Origin: Citrobacter phage vB_CfrD_Brooksby
DNA length: 49,841 nt
Direction: 5' to 3' (one strand)
Sequence record: OL539443.1
Below the pieces are notes generated by a model, which was not told where the DNA came from, searched no databases, and saw nothing but the letters and a program-made list of their open reading frames with translations. Below, piece after piece: positions 39,388 through 47,109 of the stretch. Numbering within the stretch: the first letter of the stretch is position 1; each line of letters opens with the position of its first letter. Position numbers and translations under genes: made by a program.

Positions 39388-39582
39388 TTAATCTGACTCC
39401 ATAACGGTAACAGGCTCAAGGCGCTCAAGCACCACTTTGAAATCGGCGTAAAAAGTAGGGCGGCGTTTTGTCAATTCCTCATAGGTATCAGTTGCCAGGC
39501 AAGCGCGATCACCTTCATAGCACACAACGCGTTTACCATTTGCGCGACTGATTGCAACTACGCGATATGTATTATTGATCAT
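39388..39582 (-). CDS. hypothetical protein
   Basis: ORF. Confidence 0.5.
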   Translation of the reverse strand: MINNTYRVVAISRANGKRVVCYEGDRACLATDTYEELTKRRPTFYADFKVVLERLEPVTVMESD

Positions 39583-39815
39583 TTCATCACCTCAATTGAA
39601 TAAATACTTTCAACGCCTGGCGCGTATAACCGCTTTCCATCTTCAGTTATGCAAAGACAAAGGGCAAGGCCGCGATTGTCTGAAATATGCAAGTCATTTT
39701 GTCTATCCATCAAAATTTCATATTCGCGATCTTCATCAAAGCGCCAAACGCTTAACATGCACTTTCCAGATGATTTAACTTTTACTTTCTTTCCGGTGAA
39801 ATTTAAACGACTCAT
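39579..39815 (-). CDS. hypothetical small beta-rich protein
   Basis: ORF, ATGA-type coupling. Confidence 0.5.
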   Translation of the reverse strand: MSRLNFTGKKVKVKSSGKCMLSVWRFDEDREYEILMDRQNDLHISDNRGLALCLCITEDGKRLYAPGVESIYSIEVMK

Positions 39816-40036
39816 TGCGCCACCTCAACAGTTTCAAATACGGTATTGAATGCCAGAAGTTTAAATTTCTTGCCTGGCTCAACCACTGCGATATTCCAGG
39901 TAATTCCGCCGTGATATGCAACCATATCATCAATATCGACGGTTATTTGTGCGCCCTTCTTGAATAAACATTTTTCATGAGTAGCGTCACGTTCAGTAAC
40001 TACAGTTTCGAATTGCGTTTGTTGTTCAAAGTTCAT
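39812..40036 (-). CDS. hypothetical small protein
   Basis: ORF downstream of cassette 10. Confidence 0.5.
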   Translation of the reverse strand: MNFEQQTQFETVVTERDATHEKCLFKKGAQITVDIDDMVAYHGGITWNIAVVEPGKKFKLLAFNTVFETVEVAQ

Positions 40037-40066
40037 CGTTGATTCTCCTGATTGGTTGATGTGTGT

Positions 40067-40109
40067 ATTATGCAGGAATTAGATCCGGCACGTTTAACAA
40101 AAAGTGCTA
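40067..40109 (-). promoter_or_regulatory. operator-promoter cassette 10: TAGCACTTTTTGTTA - 22 bp - CATAAT
   Basis: Complement strand. Confidence 0.78.
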
Positions 40110-40256
40110 TTTCAAAACACAAAATGCCCCGGCGCTAAAAGTATTATCTTTGACTATTTGCCGCGCCTCCAGGCAACGCTCTTTTGTTAAAAACTCCTGC
40201 GTTGTTATTGCCTCGCCTTGCATTGTTTGAAGCGCAATAATTAGCACGTAAATCAT
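40107..40256 (-). CDS. 49-aa hypothetical protein (MIYVLIIALQTMQGEAITTQEFLTKERCLEARQIVKDNTFSAGAFCVLK)
   Basis: Unlisted ORF; TAG stop shared with operator 10; hydrophobic N-terminus. Confidence 0.45.
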   Translation of the reverse strand: MIYVLIIALQTMQGEAITTQEFLTKERCLEARQIVKDNTFSAGAFCVLK

Positions 40257-40257
40257 T

Positions 40258-40542
40258 TTATTCTCCCACGATCCCAAATATAGAAATTATTGAGTTTGTA
40301 CGACTCCGGCGATACTTGCGAATAACAACCGTTAAGTTTTCGCCTTGCTGATGACCTAACGTGATCGGCATTTCGGAACCATCACCGAATTCATCACCAA
40401 CCTTTTTTGGCTTTTCCCGCCACGCGCAAATGAAACCAAATTTATCACGCGTGATATAGCGGTATATGTTAGGAAGGGGAATCTTAACCCCTTCAAAGTC
40501 TACCGTTTGCGTGTAACTGCGGAAATTAAGCGTGGAATTCAT
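40258..40542 (-). CDS. hypothetical protein
   Basis: ORF. Confidence 0.5.
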   Translation of the reverse strand: MNSTLNFRSYTQTVDFEGVKIPLPNIYRYITRDKFGFICAWREKPKKVGDEFGDGSEMPITLGHQQGENLTVVIRKYRRSRTNSIISIFGIVGE

Positions 40543-40684
40543 AAATCACCTCTCCAAATTCTCCGATTACTTGCGCCTTGTAATATCCTCCGCGATTAGC
40601 CAACAAATACGCCTGACTAAGTGTTTCAAACTCGCGGGTTACTGGCTGGCTGTTTTCGTGTTCCCAGGTAATCAAAGTAGTCAT
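40526..40684 (-). CDS. 52-aa hypothetical protein MTTLITWEHENSQPVTREFETLSQAYLLANRGGYYKAQVIGEFGEVIYEFHA
   Basis: Unlisted ORF positioned directly after cassette 11. Confidence 0.5.
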   Translation of the reverse strand: MTTLITWEHENSQPVTREFETLSQAYLLANRGGYYKAQVIGEFGEVIYEFHA

Positions 40685-40715
40685 TGCTAAATCCTCATTT
40701 CGTTTCTATGGGATA

Positions 40716-40758
40716 ACTATATCAAGTTACCCCGATCCGGTTTTAACAAAAAATGCTA
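40716..40758 (-). promoter_or_regulatory. operator-promoter cassette 11: TAGCATTTTTTGTTA - 22 bp - TATAGT
   Basis: Complement strand, one-base variant of the palindrome. Confidence 0.75.
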
Positions 40759-40759
40759 T

Positions 40760-41194
40760 TTACAGCCATTCGCCGGAAACAATGAAATCAGTGAAATCGT
40801 CATGATCCAAAATGCTGTGATAGCCAGTGCAATAATCATTTTTAACCATGTGACCACGCAAACGCACATAATCAGCCTTTCGATCCGTAATCCAACGAAT
40901 AAAGCGAGCGTTACGTTGTGGTATCGTTCCGGCGTAAGCCTCTTTGAATCCAATGTGTGCGATGAATGCCACAAAACGGATTTGCAACCCTGGATTATCT
41001 TTCTTTGCCTCGTTAACCAGTTCTCGGAAGTTTTCACGCGTTGGCTTGAAAGGAACCAATTCACCTAACTCGATCATGCGGTTGAAGTCTGAAACTCCAC
41101 CAGATGACTCCATAAACAGCCCATCGCTACCAAACATCACAACGCCGCTTTCGATGAAGTAAGTGTATCCGTTGTATTTGTTGGTGTATTTCAT
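40760..41194 (-). CDS. hypothetical protein (start MKYTNKYNGYTYF)
   Basis: ATG at 41194 after GAGGAA; the track start at 41230 overlaps the predicted -10. Confidence 0.55.
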   Translation of the reverse strand: MKYTNKYNGYTYFIESGVVMFGSDGLFMESSGGVSDFNRMIELGELVPFKPTRENFRELVNEAKKDNPGLQIRFVAFIAHIGFKEAYAGTIPQRNARFIRWITDRKADYVRLRGHMVKNDYCTGYHSILDHDDFTDFIVSGEWL

Positions 41195-41225
41195 CGTGAA
41201 TTCCTCAGTTCGTTTCGATGAAGTA

Positions 41226-41268
41226 ATCATAGCAATTCGTGGCTGATTGGTTTTAACAAAAAGTGCTA
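41226..41268 (-). promoter_or_regulatory. operator-promoter cassette 12: TAGCACTTTTTGTTA - 22 bp - TATGAT
   Basis: Complement strand. Confidence 0.75.
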
Positions 41269-41277
41269 TTCATGCAA

Positions 41278-41307
41278 TAGACCGATTGGTCTAGACCGTT
41301 TGGTCTA
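41278..41307. repeat. two overlapping palindromes TAGACC-N4-GGTCTA
   Basis: TAGACCGATTGGTCTAGACCGTTTGGTCTA. Confidence 0.85.
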
Positions 41308-41586
41308 ATGAACACATCGTTTTGTGTATCGAACGCATTCATGATCCTGTTACGTGATCGTTATATGATCAGATGATGATTGATGTGTGAGATTTTGTGA
41401 TTGAAATTGATTTGATTTGATTAGATTTGAGTAGTGAGTGAGTAGAAATAATCACACCTTGCCGATAAGTGAAAGCTTTTCCCGCAAAACATCAATCCAG
41501 GCTCCGCGCGTTTCGTTTTGTTTCTCACCGTTCCCAGCCCGACCTTCCGCAGTTTAGCACAACGTTACACAACACGTATAACAACA

Positions 41587-41638
41587 AAATATCTATATAA
41601 TACATTGAAAAGTAAGATAATTATTATTATATATCTAT
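41587..41638. repeat. AT-rich duplicated element, copy 2
   Basis: AAATATCTATATAATACAT then, start-to-start 32 bp later, AATTATTATTATATATCTAT. Confidence 0.75.
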
Positions 41639-41857
41639 ATTGTTATATAACTTGTTTTGCTTGTTTCTCATGATATTGATACCCCTTTACGGATTTATAG
41701 AGTATAAAATTATAAGATAGGTGCTCTTATTTATTATAGGTGTCGGTGATTTTTAGCGAAATGGTGTAACGATTTAGAACATCGTTGATTTGAAAGGATA
41801 AATTTTCAATTACTGTTACATTGCGTGATGTTTTTGTTGCCTAATCAAAAATAACAC

Positions 41858-41885
41858 TTGACGCATAAGCCAGGTTTGCTAAGAT
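41858..41885 (+). promoter_or_regulatory. strong host-type promoter TTGACG-16-TGcTAAGAT
   Basis: -35 41858-41863, extended -10 ending 41885; followed by GGAGG RBS and ATG 41920. Confidence 0.65.
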
Positions 41886-41919
41886 TTCTGCATCGAGCAA
41901 CAACGGAGGATAACCAATC

Positions 41920-42207
41920 ATGGTAAGGGGCAAAATCGTAAAGAGTGACTTATCCATAGTTGATGCAACGCCAGAAGATTCAACAAAAGATATCATGCGC
42001 CTAATGTACATAGCGCGGATACTGGAGGCGGCAAAACCAAACAGGCTGTATTACATCGACATTAAGGCATCCGGTCGCGACGTTAATTCATTGCGCCAGG
42101 CAATAAACACGATTGCGAAAGAGGATCGCAGAACCATTAAGACAATAACCACTGATAACGGCTATATAGGCTTTGTTATCATCGACGTTAAAGAAGCGTT
42201 TGTGTAA
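41920..42207 (+). CDS. hypothetical early protein
   Basis: ORF behind operator-less promoter. Confidence 0.7.
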   Translation: MVRGKIVKSDLSIVDATPEDSTKDIMRLMYIARILEAAKPNRLYYIDIKASGRDVNSLRQAINTIAKEDRRTIKTITTDNGYIGFVIIDVKEAFV

Positions 42208-42218
42208 AGAGGTGAATC

Positions 42219-42662
42219 ATGGAACAAATGACAAGTAAAGAGTTTTGCGAAAAATTGCGTGAAGCCGCAAGAGCCGCTGCAACAGGTGAAGTGATCAAGT
42301 TGCCAGTTGCCTATATCACAATGCACGTTCAGGCAGAGGACGCAAAGAAGCTAAATTCCTCATACATTCGCACGATCATGAATCGTGTTCCAGAAGTAAA
42401 AGAGGTTGGATCTGTAAGCGTAAAGAAAAAGACAAGTGATGACGGAGCGGAATATTACGAGATCGCAATCAATCGTGACACAAAGCGCCGCATCGTAACA
42501 ACTAATGACCTTCCGGCAATCAAAGAGCATGAGCGCGAAAAACTGGTCGAAAAGATTATGCGCATATCGCCGGACTTCTCACACCTGGACGATGAAAAGG
42601 CACTTGTTGCAATGCGAGCGGTTGCCACATTCAAAGATCTGATTAAGGAGATCGCAAAGTGA
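42219..42662 (+). CDS. hypothetical early protein
   Basis: ORF with RBS AGAGGTG. Confidence 0.7.
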   Translation: MEQMTSKEFCEKLREAARAAATGEVIKLPVAYITMHVQAEDAKKLNSSYIRTIMNRVPEVKEVGSVSVKKKTSDDGAEYYEIAINRDTKRRIVTTNDLPAIKEHEREKLVEKIMRISPDFSHLDDEKALVAMRAVATFKDLIKEIAK

Positions 42663-42766
42663 AAGCATTCGCATTTGTCGCTGCAATGTGGTGCGTCTTA
42701 ATCGGTCATCCTGGCGTGGCGCTGGCGTTGTGCGTATTTATTTTGTTGGGGGTGTTTGATGAATAA
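42659..42766 (+). CDS. membrane miniprotein (GTG start; KAFAFVAAMWCVLIGHPGVALALCVFILLGVFDE)
   Basis: Overlaps upstream stop; hydrophobic; unlisted. Confidence 0.45.
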   Translation: MKAFAFVAAMWCVLIGHPGVALALCVFILLGVFDE

Positions 42767-42872
42767 GAAACTTTTAGATCATGCCGTGGTGTTCTTTATC
42801 GCTGCCGCTGGATTTTCGCTGTTGTCAATTGCTTTTTCAATCCTTGCTTTTGCCGTGTCAATGCTGAAATGA
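42759..42872 (+). CDS. membrane miniprotein MNKKLLDHAVVFFIAAAGFSLLSIAFSILAFAVSMLK
   Basis: Overlapping ORF, hydrophobic; unlisted. Confidence 0.45.
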   Translation: MNKKLLDHAVVFFIAAAGFSLLSIAFSILAFAVSMLK

Positions 42873-42895
42873 CGGATTACATCCTGATTGGTAAA

Positions 42896-42938
42896 TAGCA
42901 CTTTTTGTTAAAACTAAATTGGGGTGGTTTGACATAAT
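42896..42938 (+). promoter_or_regulatory. operator-promoter cassette 13: TAGCACTTTTTGTTA - 22 bp - CATAAT
   Basis: -10 bracketed by GGGGT/ACCCC (42921-42944). Confidence 0.8.
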
Positions 42939-42968
42939 TACCCCATCGAAACGAAACGAGGAAATAAA

Positions 42969-43226
42969 ATGTTTGAACTGAAACGCGTAACTGTTGAGAT
43001 CCTTAATGATGGCTCTTACGATGGAATGAAACACTTAACCTTCCCGATCCGCATTGAGAATTGCATTGATTACGGTATTGAAGTTGGCATGGTTGACGTT
43101 CCTCTTGATGCACTTATCGCGGCTGGCTATGACAAAGAGAAAGGCCAATGTGCTGATATACCTGATAGCTATGAAAGCGACACACATTTCCCGTTCACCT
43201 ATGGCGAATGCCGGATTGTTGATTGA
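42969..43226 (+). CDS. hypothetical protein
   Basis: ORF with RBS. Confidence 0.65.
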   Translation: MFELKRVTVEILNDGSYDGMKHLTFPIRIENCIDYGIEVGMVDVPLDALIAAGYDKEKGQCADIPDSYESDTHFPFTYGECRIVD

Positions 43227-43235
43227 GGTGATAAA

Positions 43236-43316
43236 GTGAGCAGTTGGCACAATGAGCACGTAATGCAATTCTACCGCCACAGAATAAAGAAAATGATCAA
43301 TAGCACGAATTGCTAA
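43236..43316 (+). CDS. 26-aa ORF ending ...MINSTNC (operator encoded), GTG start
   Basis: GTG after GAGGTG; very short. Confidence 0.3.
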   Translation: MSSWHNEHVMQFYRHRIKKMINSTNC

Positions 43317-43342
43317 AACTAAATCAGGGGCATTTGTTATAG
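43301..43342 (+). promoter_or_regulatory. operator-promoter cassette 14: TAGCACGAATTGCTA - 21 bp - TATAGT
   Basis: TGT extended -10; AGGG...CCCT arms. Confidence 0.8.
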
Positions 43343-43377
43343 TGTCCCTCGTTGAGTTAAGCAAAGGAGAATCAACA

Positions 43378-43944
43378 ATGTTAATCATCGAAAAAATCAA
43401 CTTCCCGATCACCTTTAAATTCTATCAGCCTGACATGCAAGTTACTTTCACCAGTAAAACGCGCGGAGAATGGGAAGATGGTGGAATAACCGGATTTAAA
43501 CTTGAGTATTTCGTTAACAAGCACAACAATAAAAATCCAGATAATATCCCTGGCAAAGATGGGTATTATGAAATGGCTGCTTGTGGCAAAGAAGAAAAAC
43601 GCGAGGATAACGATCTGTTAGATGCGATGAAATATTTAAATATCAGGCCTGGCCATGTCAATTTAAACGGTGCTGTGTTTACTGCGTCAGTAGGTGCTAA
43701 AGATTACGATTACATTTGCAAGGTTGAAAATATGCCAGTTGGCGCAACGCTGTTAGGTGTTCAGTGTGAAAATGGAGAATGGGACGAGTTGAAATTTAAA
43801 CCTCGCCGCATTGAAGTACACGACGATGTTATTTGCTTGCTTTCAGGTTATTCTGGAGGTTACAAGAGCGGCAATAATTACGGCGCTGAAATCAACATTA
43901 AGCGCGGCACTAACGTAAAAATCAAAAACAGCACGAATTGCTAA
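43378..43944 (+). CDS. hypothetical protein ending ...KIKNSTNC (operator encoded)
   Basis: ATG 43378 after GGAG. Confidence 0.65.
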   Translation: MLIIEKINFPITFKFYQPDMQVTFTSKTRGEWEDGGITGFKLEYFVNKHNNKNPDNIPGKDGYYEMAACGKEEKREDNDLLDAMKYLNIRPGHVNLNGAVFTASVGAKDYDYICKVENMPVGATLLGVQCENGEWDELKFKPRRIEVHDDVICLLSGYSGGYKSGNNYGAEINIKRGTNVKIKNSTNC

Positions 43945-43971
43945 AACAGAATTTTTGGCTTTCGGTATAGT
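43929..43971 (+). promoter_or_regulatory. operator-promoter cassette 15: CAGCACGAATTGCTA - 22 bp - TATAGT
   Basis: -10 bracketed by GGCTT/AAGCC (43957-43976). Confidence 0.78.
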
Positions 43972-44003
43972 AAGCCCATACCAAACAAACAGGAGAAAAT
44001 AAC

Positions 44004-44180
44004 ATGAAATTATATGGTGTCGCTGGAATCGCTTTCTTTTCTTTGTGGATTGCTGCAATCGCTGGCTGGATCATGAATATCGTTGAAATGTTTGGCGATA
44101 TCACAACCAACGAATTAATCATTCGCGCAATAGGGATATTCGTTGCACCTGCTGGCGCATTAATGGGCTGGTTCATGTAA
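44004..44180 (+). CDS. 58-aa membrane protein MKLYGVAGIAFFSLWIAAIAGWIMNIVEMFGDITTNELIIRAIGIFVAPAGALMGWFM
   Basis: Good RBS AGGAG, two hydrophobic segments; unlisted. Confidence 0.65.
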   Translation: MKLYGVAGIAFFSLWIAAIAGWIMNIVEMFGDITTNELIIRAIGIFVAPAGALMGWFM

Positions 44181-44223
44181 TAGCACTTTTTGCTAAAACA
44201 AAATTTCGGGGTTGCGGTATAGT
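44181..44223 (+). promoter_or_regulatory. operator-promoter cassette 16: TAGCACTTTTTGCTA - 22 bp - TATAGT
   Basis: -10 bracketed by GGGGT/ACCCC (44208-44229). Confidence 0.8.
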
Positions 44224-44253
44224 GACCCCACACAAAACAAAGAGGATCGGATA

Positions 44254-44577
44254 ATGAAATTAGCACGTAACGCGGTTTATGGATTACACCTCAAAGGCGG
44301 TAAAGGTTCAACATATGTTCACCTTTTTCATGTGAATGAGCGCAACCAGGTTGATATTGCGATGTATACAGATCAGTTTCTGGTAAAAGGTGAAATGGGC
44401 GATAGGTTTAATCCGCAATTCGTAGAACAAGATCCAACGTATAGCCATGACCATTGGGTTTGTGATGATTACTATAATTTCATCATGGTTGATAGTCACG
44501 TTACGGACACGCGGAAAATAACAGTTAGCGACTATAAGCGCATGACTCGAAAAGTATTGAAGCATAAAGCGCAATAG
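44254..44577 (+). CDS. hypothetical protein
   Basis: ATG 44254 with AGGA upstream; TAG stop is part of operator 17. Confidence 0.6.
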   Translation: MKLARNAVYGLHLKGGKGSTYVHLFHVNERNQVDIAMYTDQFLVKGEMGDRFNPQFVEQDPTYSHDHWVCDDYYNFIMVDSHVTDTRKITVSDYKRMTRKVLKHKAQ

Positions 44578-44617
44578 CACAAAATGTTAAGCGGTCATGT
44601 GTCCTGATGGGTATAAT
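44575..44617 (+). promoter_or_regulatory. operator-promoter cassette 17 (variant): TAGCACAAAATGTTA - 22 bp - TATAAT
   Basis: GTCAT/ATGAC arms (44594-44620). Confidence 0.7.
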
Positions 44618-44649
44618 GACAGCATCAACCAACCAAAGGAGAAGTAAAA

Positions 44650-44757
44650 ATGTCTAAAGAGTCTATCAAGCAGTTTCTGAAATACGGTTCTATGATTGTG
44701 CTCGCTACCGTTGTGCTGGCTGGCATCGCGTATAGCATTATTGAGTTTGCGGGGTAA
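44650..44757 (+). CDS. 35-aa membrane protein MSKESIKQFLKYGSMIVLATVVLAGIAYSIIEFAG
   Basis: RBS GGAG, one TM; unlisted. Confidence 0.6.
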   Translation: MSKESIKQFLKYGSMIVLATVVLAGIAYSIIEFAG

Positions 44758-44760
44758 TTG

Positions 44761-45303
44761 ATGTTTACGATCAACTTGTGGGGAAGGGATTATGTTAATC
44801 CCTATGTTGCTACAAAACAGCGTTTCTTTATTTTCGACCTAGACGGCACATTGTCAAATGGTGAGCACCGCTTGCACCTGTTGCCAACGGTTGATTTGCA
44901 TCTTACTGAAAGCTGGAGTGAGTTTAATCGCGCCGCAAAGGATGATTCACCATTCAGCAATAACATTTCCGTGTGCAACGCCATGTTTGACGCAGGATAC
45001 CTGGTTATCATCCTAACTGGTCGAAGCGATGAAGTCGAAACGGAAACGCGAGCCTGGTTAGCTGAAAACGGCGTTTCTTTCGATTGGCTGATTATGCGCC
45101 GCGCTGAGGACAACCGGAAAGATACCGTGATCAAAGAGGAAGTTTTACGCGCTATCGGCCTGGAGAATATAGTTGCATGTTGGGATGACTCGCCAAACGT
45201 TATTGCGCACTTGCGCGGTCTGGGCTTGACGGTTTACCAGGTTATTGACTACGGCGACCAGTTGCACGATCACTTAAAGTCTCACGGAGTTGAAAAGCTA
45301 TGA
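44761..45303 (+). CDS. HAD-superfamily phosphatase (polynucleotide kinase 3'-phosphatase-like)
   Basis: FDLDGTLSNGEHR, VIILTGRSD, CWDDSPNVI. Confidence 0.85.
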   Translation: MFTINLWGRDYVNPYVATKQRFFIFDLDGTLSNGEHRLHLLPTVDLHLTESWSEFNRAAKDDSPFSNNISVCNAMFDAGYLVIILTGRSDEVETETRAWLAENGVSFDWLIMRRAEDNRKDTVIKEEVLRAIGLENIVACWDDSPNVIAHLRGLGLTVYQVIDYGDQLHDHLKSHGVEKL

Positions 45304-45476
45304 AACTAAAATGCATCGGTGAATATCTAGGTTTTACGGTTGGCAACATGTACAATGCAACAATCGGAATGGATCACACATTTGGTTATGAATGCTATGT
45401 TGTCATTGATGATGATGGTGATTCACGTAGCATTGATTTCGAAACAGAGGATTTTATAGAGGATCGTTATCTGTGA
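45300..45476 (+). CDS. 58-aa hypothetical protein MKLKCIGEYLGFTVGNMYNATIGMDHTFGYECYVVIDDDGDSRSIDFETEDFIEDRYL
   Basis: ATGA overlap; unlisted. Confidence 0.6.
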   Translation: MKLKCIGEYLGFTVGNMYNATIGMDHTFGYECYVVIDDDGDSRSIDFETEDFIEDRYL

Positions 45477-45573
45477 TTGAAAACTATGATCCAATGGCGT
45501 TTGCCTGGGGCGTTGGTGCTTTCGTGGTGGCGGTTGTGATTTGATTATGGGATATAAACCGGAGGGATAGATA

Positions 45574-45759
45574 ATGCTTACTGCTTTTTTAATTTTGATT
45601 GTCATTATGCTTTACGTTTGCGGCGCTTTCCTGATGCGAGCGCTACTAAAAGAGGCTTACGCTGATGATAAGGATAGTTGGAATCCGATTGTTTTGTGGC
45701 CTGGCTATATCATCGTGCCGATTTACGAACTAATCCGCGATGGTGAGTTTAAATGGTAA
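45574..45759 (+). CDS. small membrane protein
   Basis: MLTAFLILIVIMLYVCGAFLMRALLKEA..., RBS GGAGG. Confidence 0.6.
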   Translation: MLTAFLILIVIMLYVCGAFLMRALLKEAYADDKDSWNPIVLWPGYIIVPIYELIRDGEFKW

Positions 45760-45760
45760 A

Positions 45761-45803
45761 TAGCACTTTTTGCTAAAACTTGCTAAGGCACATTTGATAA
45801 AGT
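45761..45803 (+). promoter_or_regulatory. operator-promoter cassette 18: TAGCACTTTTTGCTA - 22 bp - TAAAGT
   Basis: bracketed by GGCACA/TGTGCC (45787-45808). Confidence 0.72.
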
Positions 45804-45836
45804 GTGCCTTGTCGAGACAAGCAAGGAGAATGACGA

Positions 45837-46091
45837 ATGAAACATTACAGGTGCGGCAGTCTTATTTATCGTGACGATGGGGTTAATATCTTTGTCGCCT
45901 ATTATGACAAGATGGAATTTTTTGAATCCATTTATACAAGGCGCGTTTTTAATTCAATGGTTGATGCCGGATTTATGAAAGAGTGTGAGCCACCAAAAGC
46001 GAAGCCGTTTTATAAAAATGGTGATTTCTGGCATAACGCCGTACTAATCACAATTCTGTTAATTCTTTCTATGGGGTTTATTTTCTTATGA
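45837..46091 (+). CDS. hypothetical protein with C-terminal TM
   Basis: ORF; AVLITILLILSMGFIFL. Confidence 0.6.
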   Translation: MKHYRCGSLIYRDDGVNIFVAYYDKMEFFESIYTRRVFNSMVDAGFMKECEPPKAKPFYKNGDFWHNAVLITILLILSMGFIFL

Positions 46092-46270
46092 CGCTTGATA
46101 ATAAAGTTGAAACACAAAAGACGATCAACTATCTGCGAGCGCTTGCTGATGCTCTTGAGTCAGGCGAGGCAGCATTAAATTATGTTAGTATTGAGTCAAG
46201 AAATCACGGATGGACTCAGATCGAAGAAACATTAACCGTTCAATATTTTAAGGTGAATAAAGATGGCTAA
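46088..46270 (+). CDS. hypothetical protein
   Basis: Overlapping ORF. Confidence 0.55.
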   Translation: MTLDNKVETQKTINYLRALADALESGEAALNYVSIESRNHGWTQIEETLTVQYFKVNKDG

Positions 46271-46850
46271 AATTATCATCCTCAATGCGCCGCCTGGCGC
46301 TGGTAAAGACACGATAGGCAAGATGATTTCTTTCTATTCACCTGGTGAGCAATGCCGAATTATTAGCTTTAAAGAGCCAATGTTTGACATTGCATTAGCT
46401 ATCCTGGGTAAAGAGAACTATCAGCGCTTCATGTTGGCTTATGATGACAGAGAGCAGAAAGAAAGGCCACAAACGTTCCTGATGGGTATGTCGCCGCGCG
46501 AGTTCATGATCTGGATTAGCGAGGATGTGATCAAGCCTAAATTCGGCAAGGATTATTTCGGCGTAAGGTTTAATCAGAAAGTAAAAGAGTGTGACGATCC
46601 TGTTGTTTGCACTGATGGAGGTTTCCCAGATGAAATTATCGCGCTAATCAATGCTGGTAATGAAGTGAAGCTATGCCGCTTGCATCGCGACGGGTTCACG
46701 TTTGCAGGTGATAGCCGCAACTACATTCGAATCAATCCCTATTACCAGAAAAACGGATATAGCGAGCACGATTACTTACTAACCAATGAAAAGCCGATGA
46801 TTACAGTTAGCGAAATCATTCGCGATCACCTAAATAGCACGAATTGCTAA
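46263..46850 (+). CDS. deoxynucleoside monophosphate kinase-like protein, ending ...LNSTNC (operator encoded)
   Basis: NAPPGAGKDTIGKMISF P-loop, FLMGMSPREFMIWISEDVIKPKFGKDYFG. Confidence 0.82.
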   Translation: MAKIIILNAPPGAGKDTIGKMISFYSPGEQCRIISFKEPMFDIALAILGKENYQRFMLAYDDREQKERPQTFLMGMSPREFMIWISEDVIKPKFGKDYFGVRFNQKVKECDDPVVCTDGGFPDEIIALINAGNEVKLCRLHRDGFTFAGDSRNYIRINPYYQKNGYSEHDYLLTNEKPMITVSEIIRDHLNSTNC

Positions 46851-46877
46851 AACTTGCGCAAGGCCATTTGATATAGT
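46835..46877 (+). promoter_or_regulatory. operator-promoter cassette 19: TAGCACGAATTGCTA - 22 bp - TATAGT
   Basis: -10 bracketed by AAGGCCA/TGGCCTT (46860-46883). Confidence 0.82.
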
Positions 46878-46914
46878 GGCCTTATTCAAGAGAAGCAACC
46901 AATCAGAGGTTAAC

Positions 46915-47109
46915 ATGAAAATCAAATGCACAATGTCAAATACGGATGCGCTTACAGTCGGGAAAATTTACGATGTAACGCCAGCGGAGGAGGGATTTAG
47001 CCCAACCGTTAAGCACGACAACAAAGGGTTTTATTATCTCAATGGCAAAGATAATCTTTCTATTCTGGTGGTTAAGGCTGTAATTGCAGAGTTTGAGGCG
47101 GTGGAATGA
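46915..47109 (+). CDS. small SH3-like hypothetical protein (MKIKCTMSNTDALTVGKIYDVTPAE)
   Basis: ATG 46915, RBS. Confidence 0.55.
   Translation: MKIKCTMSNTDALTVGKIYDVTPAEEGFSPTVKHDNKGFYYLNGKDNLSILVVKAVIAEFEAVE

Noticed and set aside
41230-41244. Second near-palindrome TAGCAATTCGTGGCT overlapping the -10 of cassette 12
   Set aside because: Resembles the CGAAT-type operator in reverse but the arm is interrupted by an extra G; could be a decayed operator, evidence insufficient.
41555-41569. TAGCACAACGTTACA in the 41.5 kb control region
   Set aside because: Only partial match and the nearest TATAAT is 26 bp away; not treated as a cassette.
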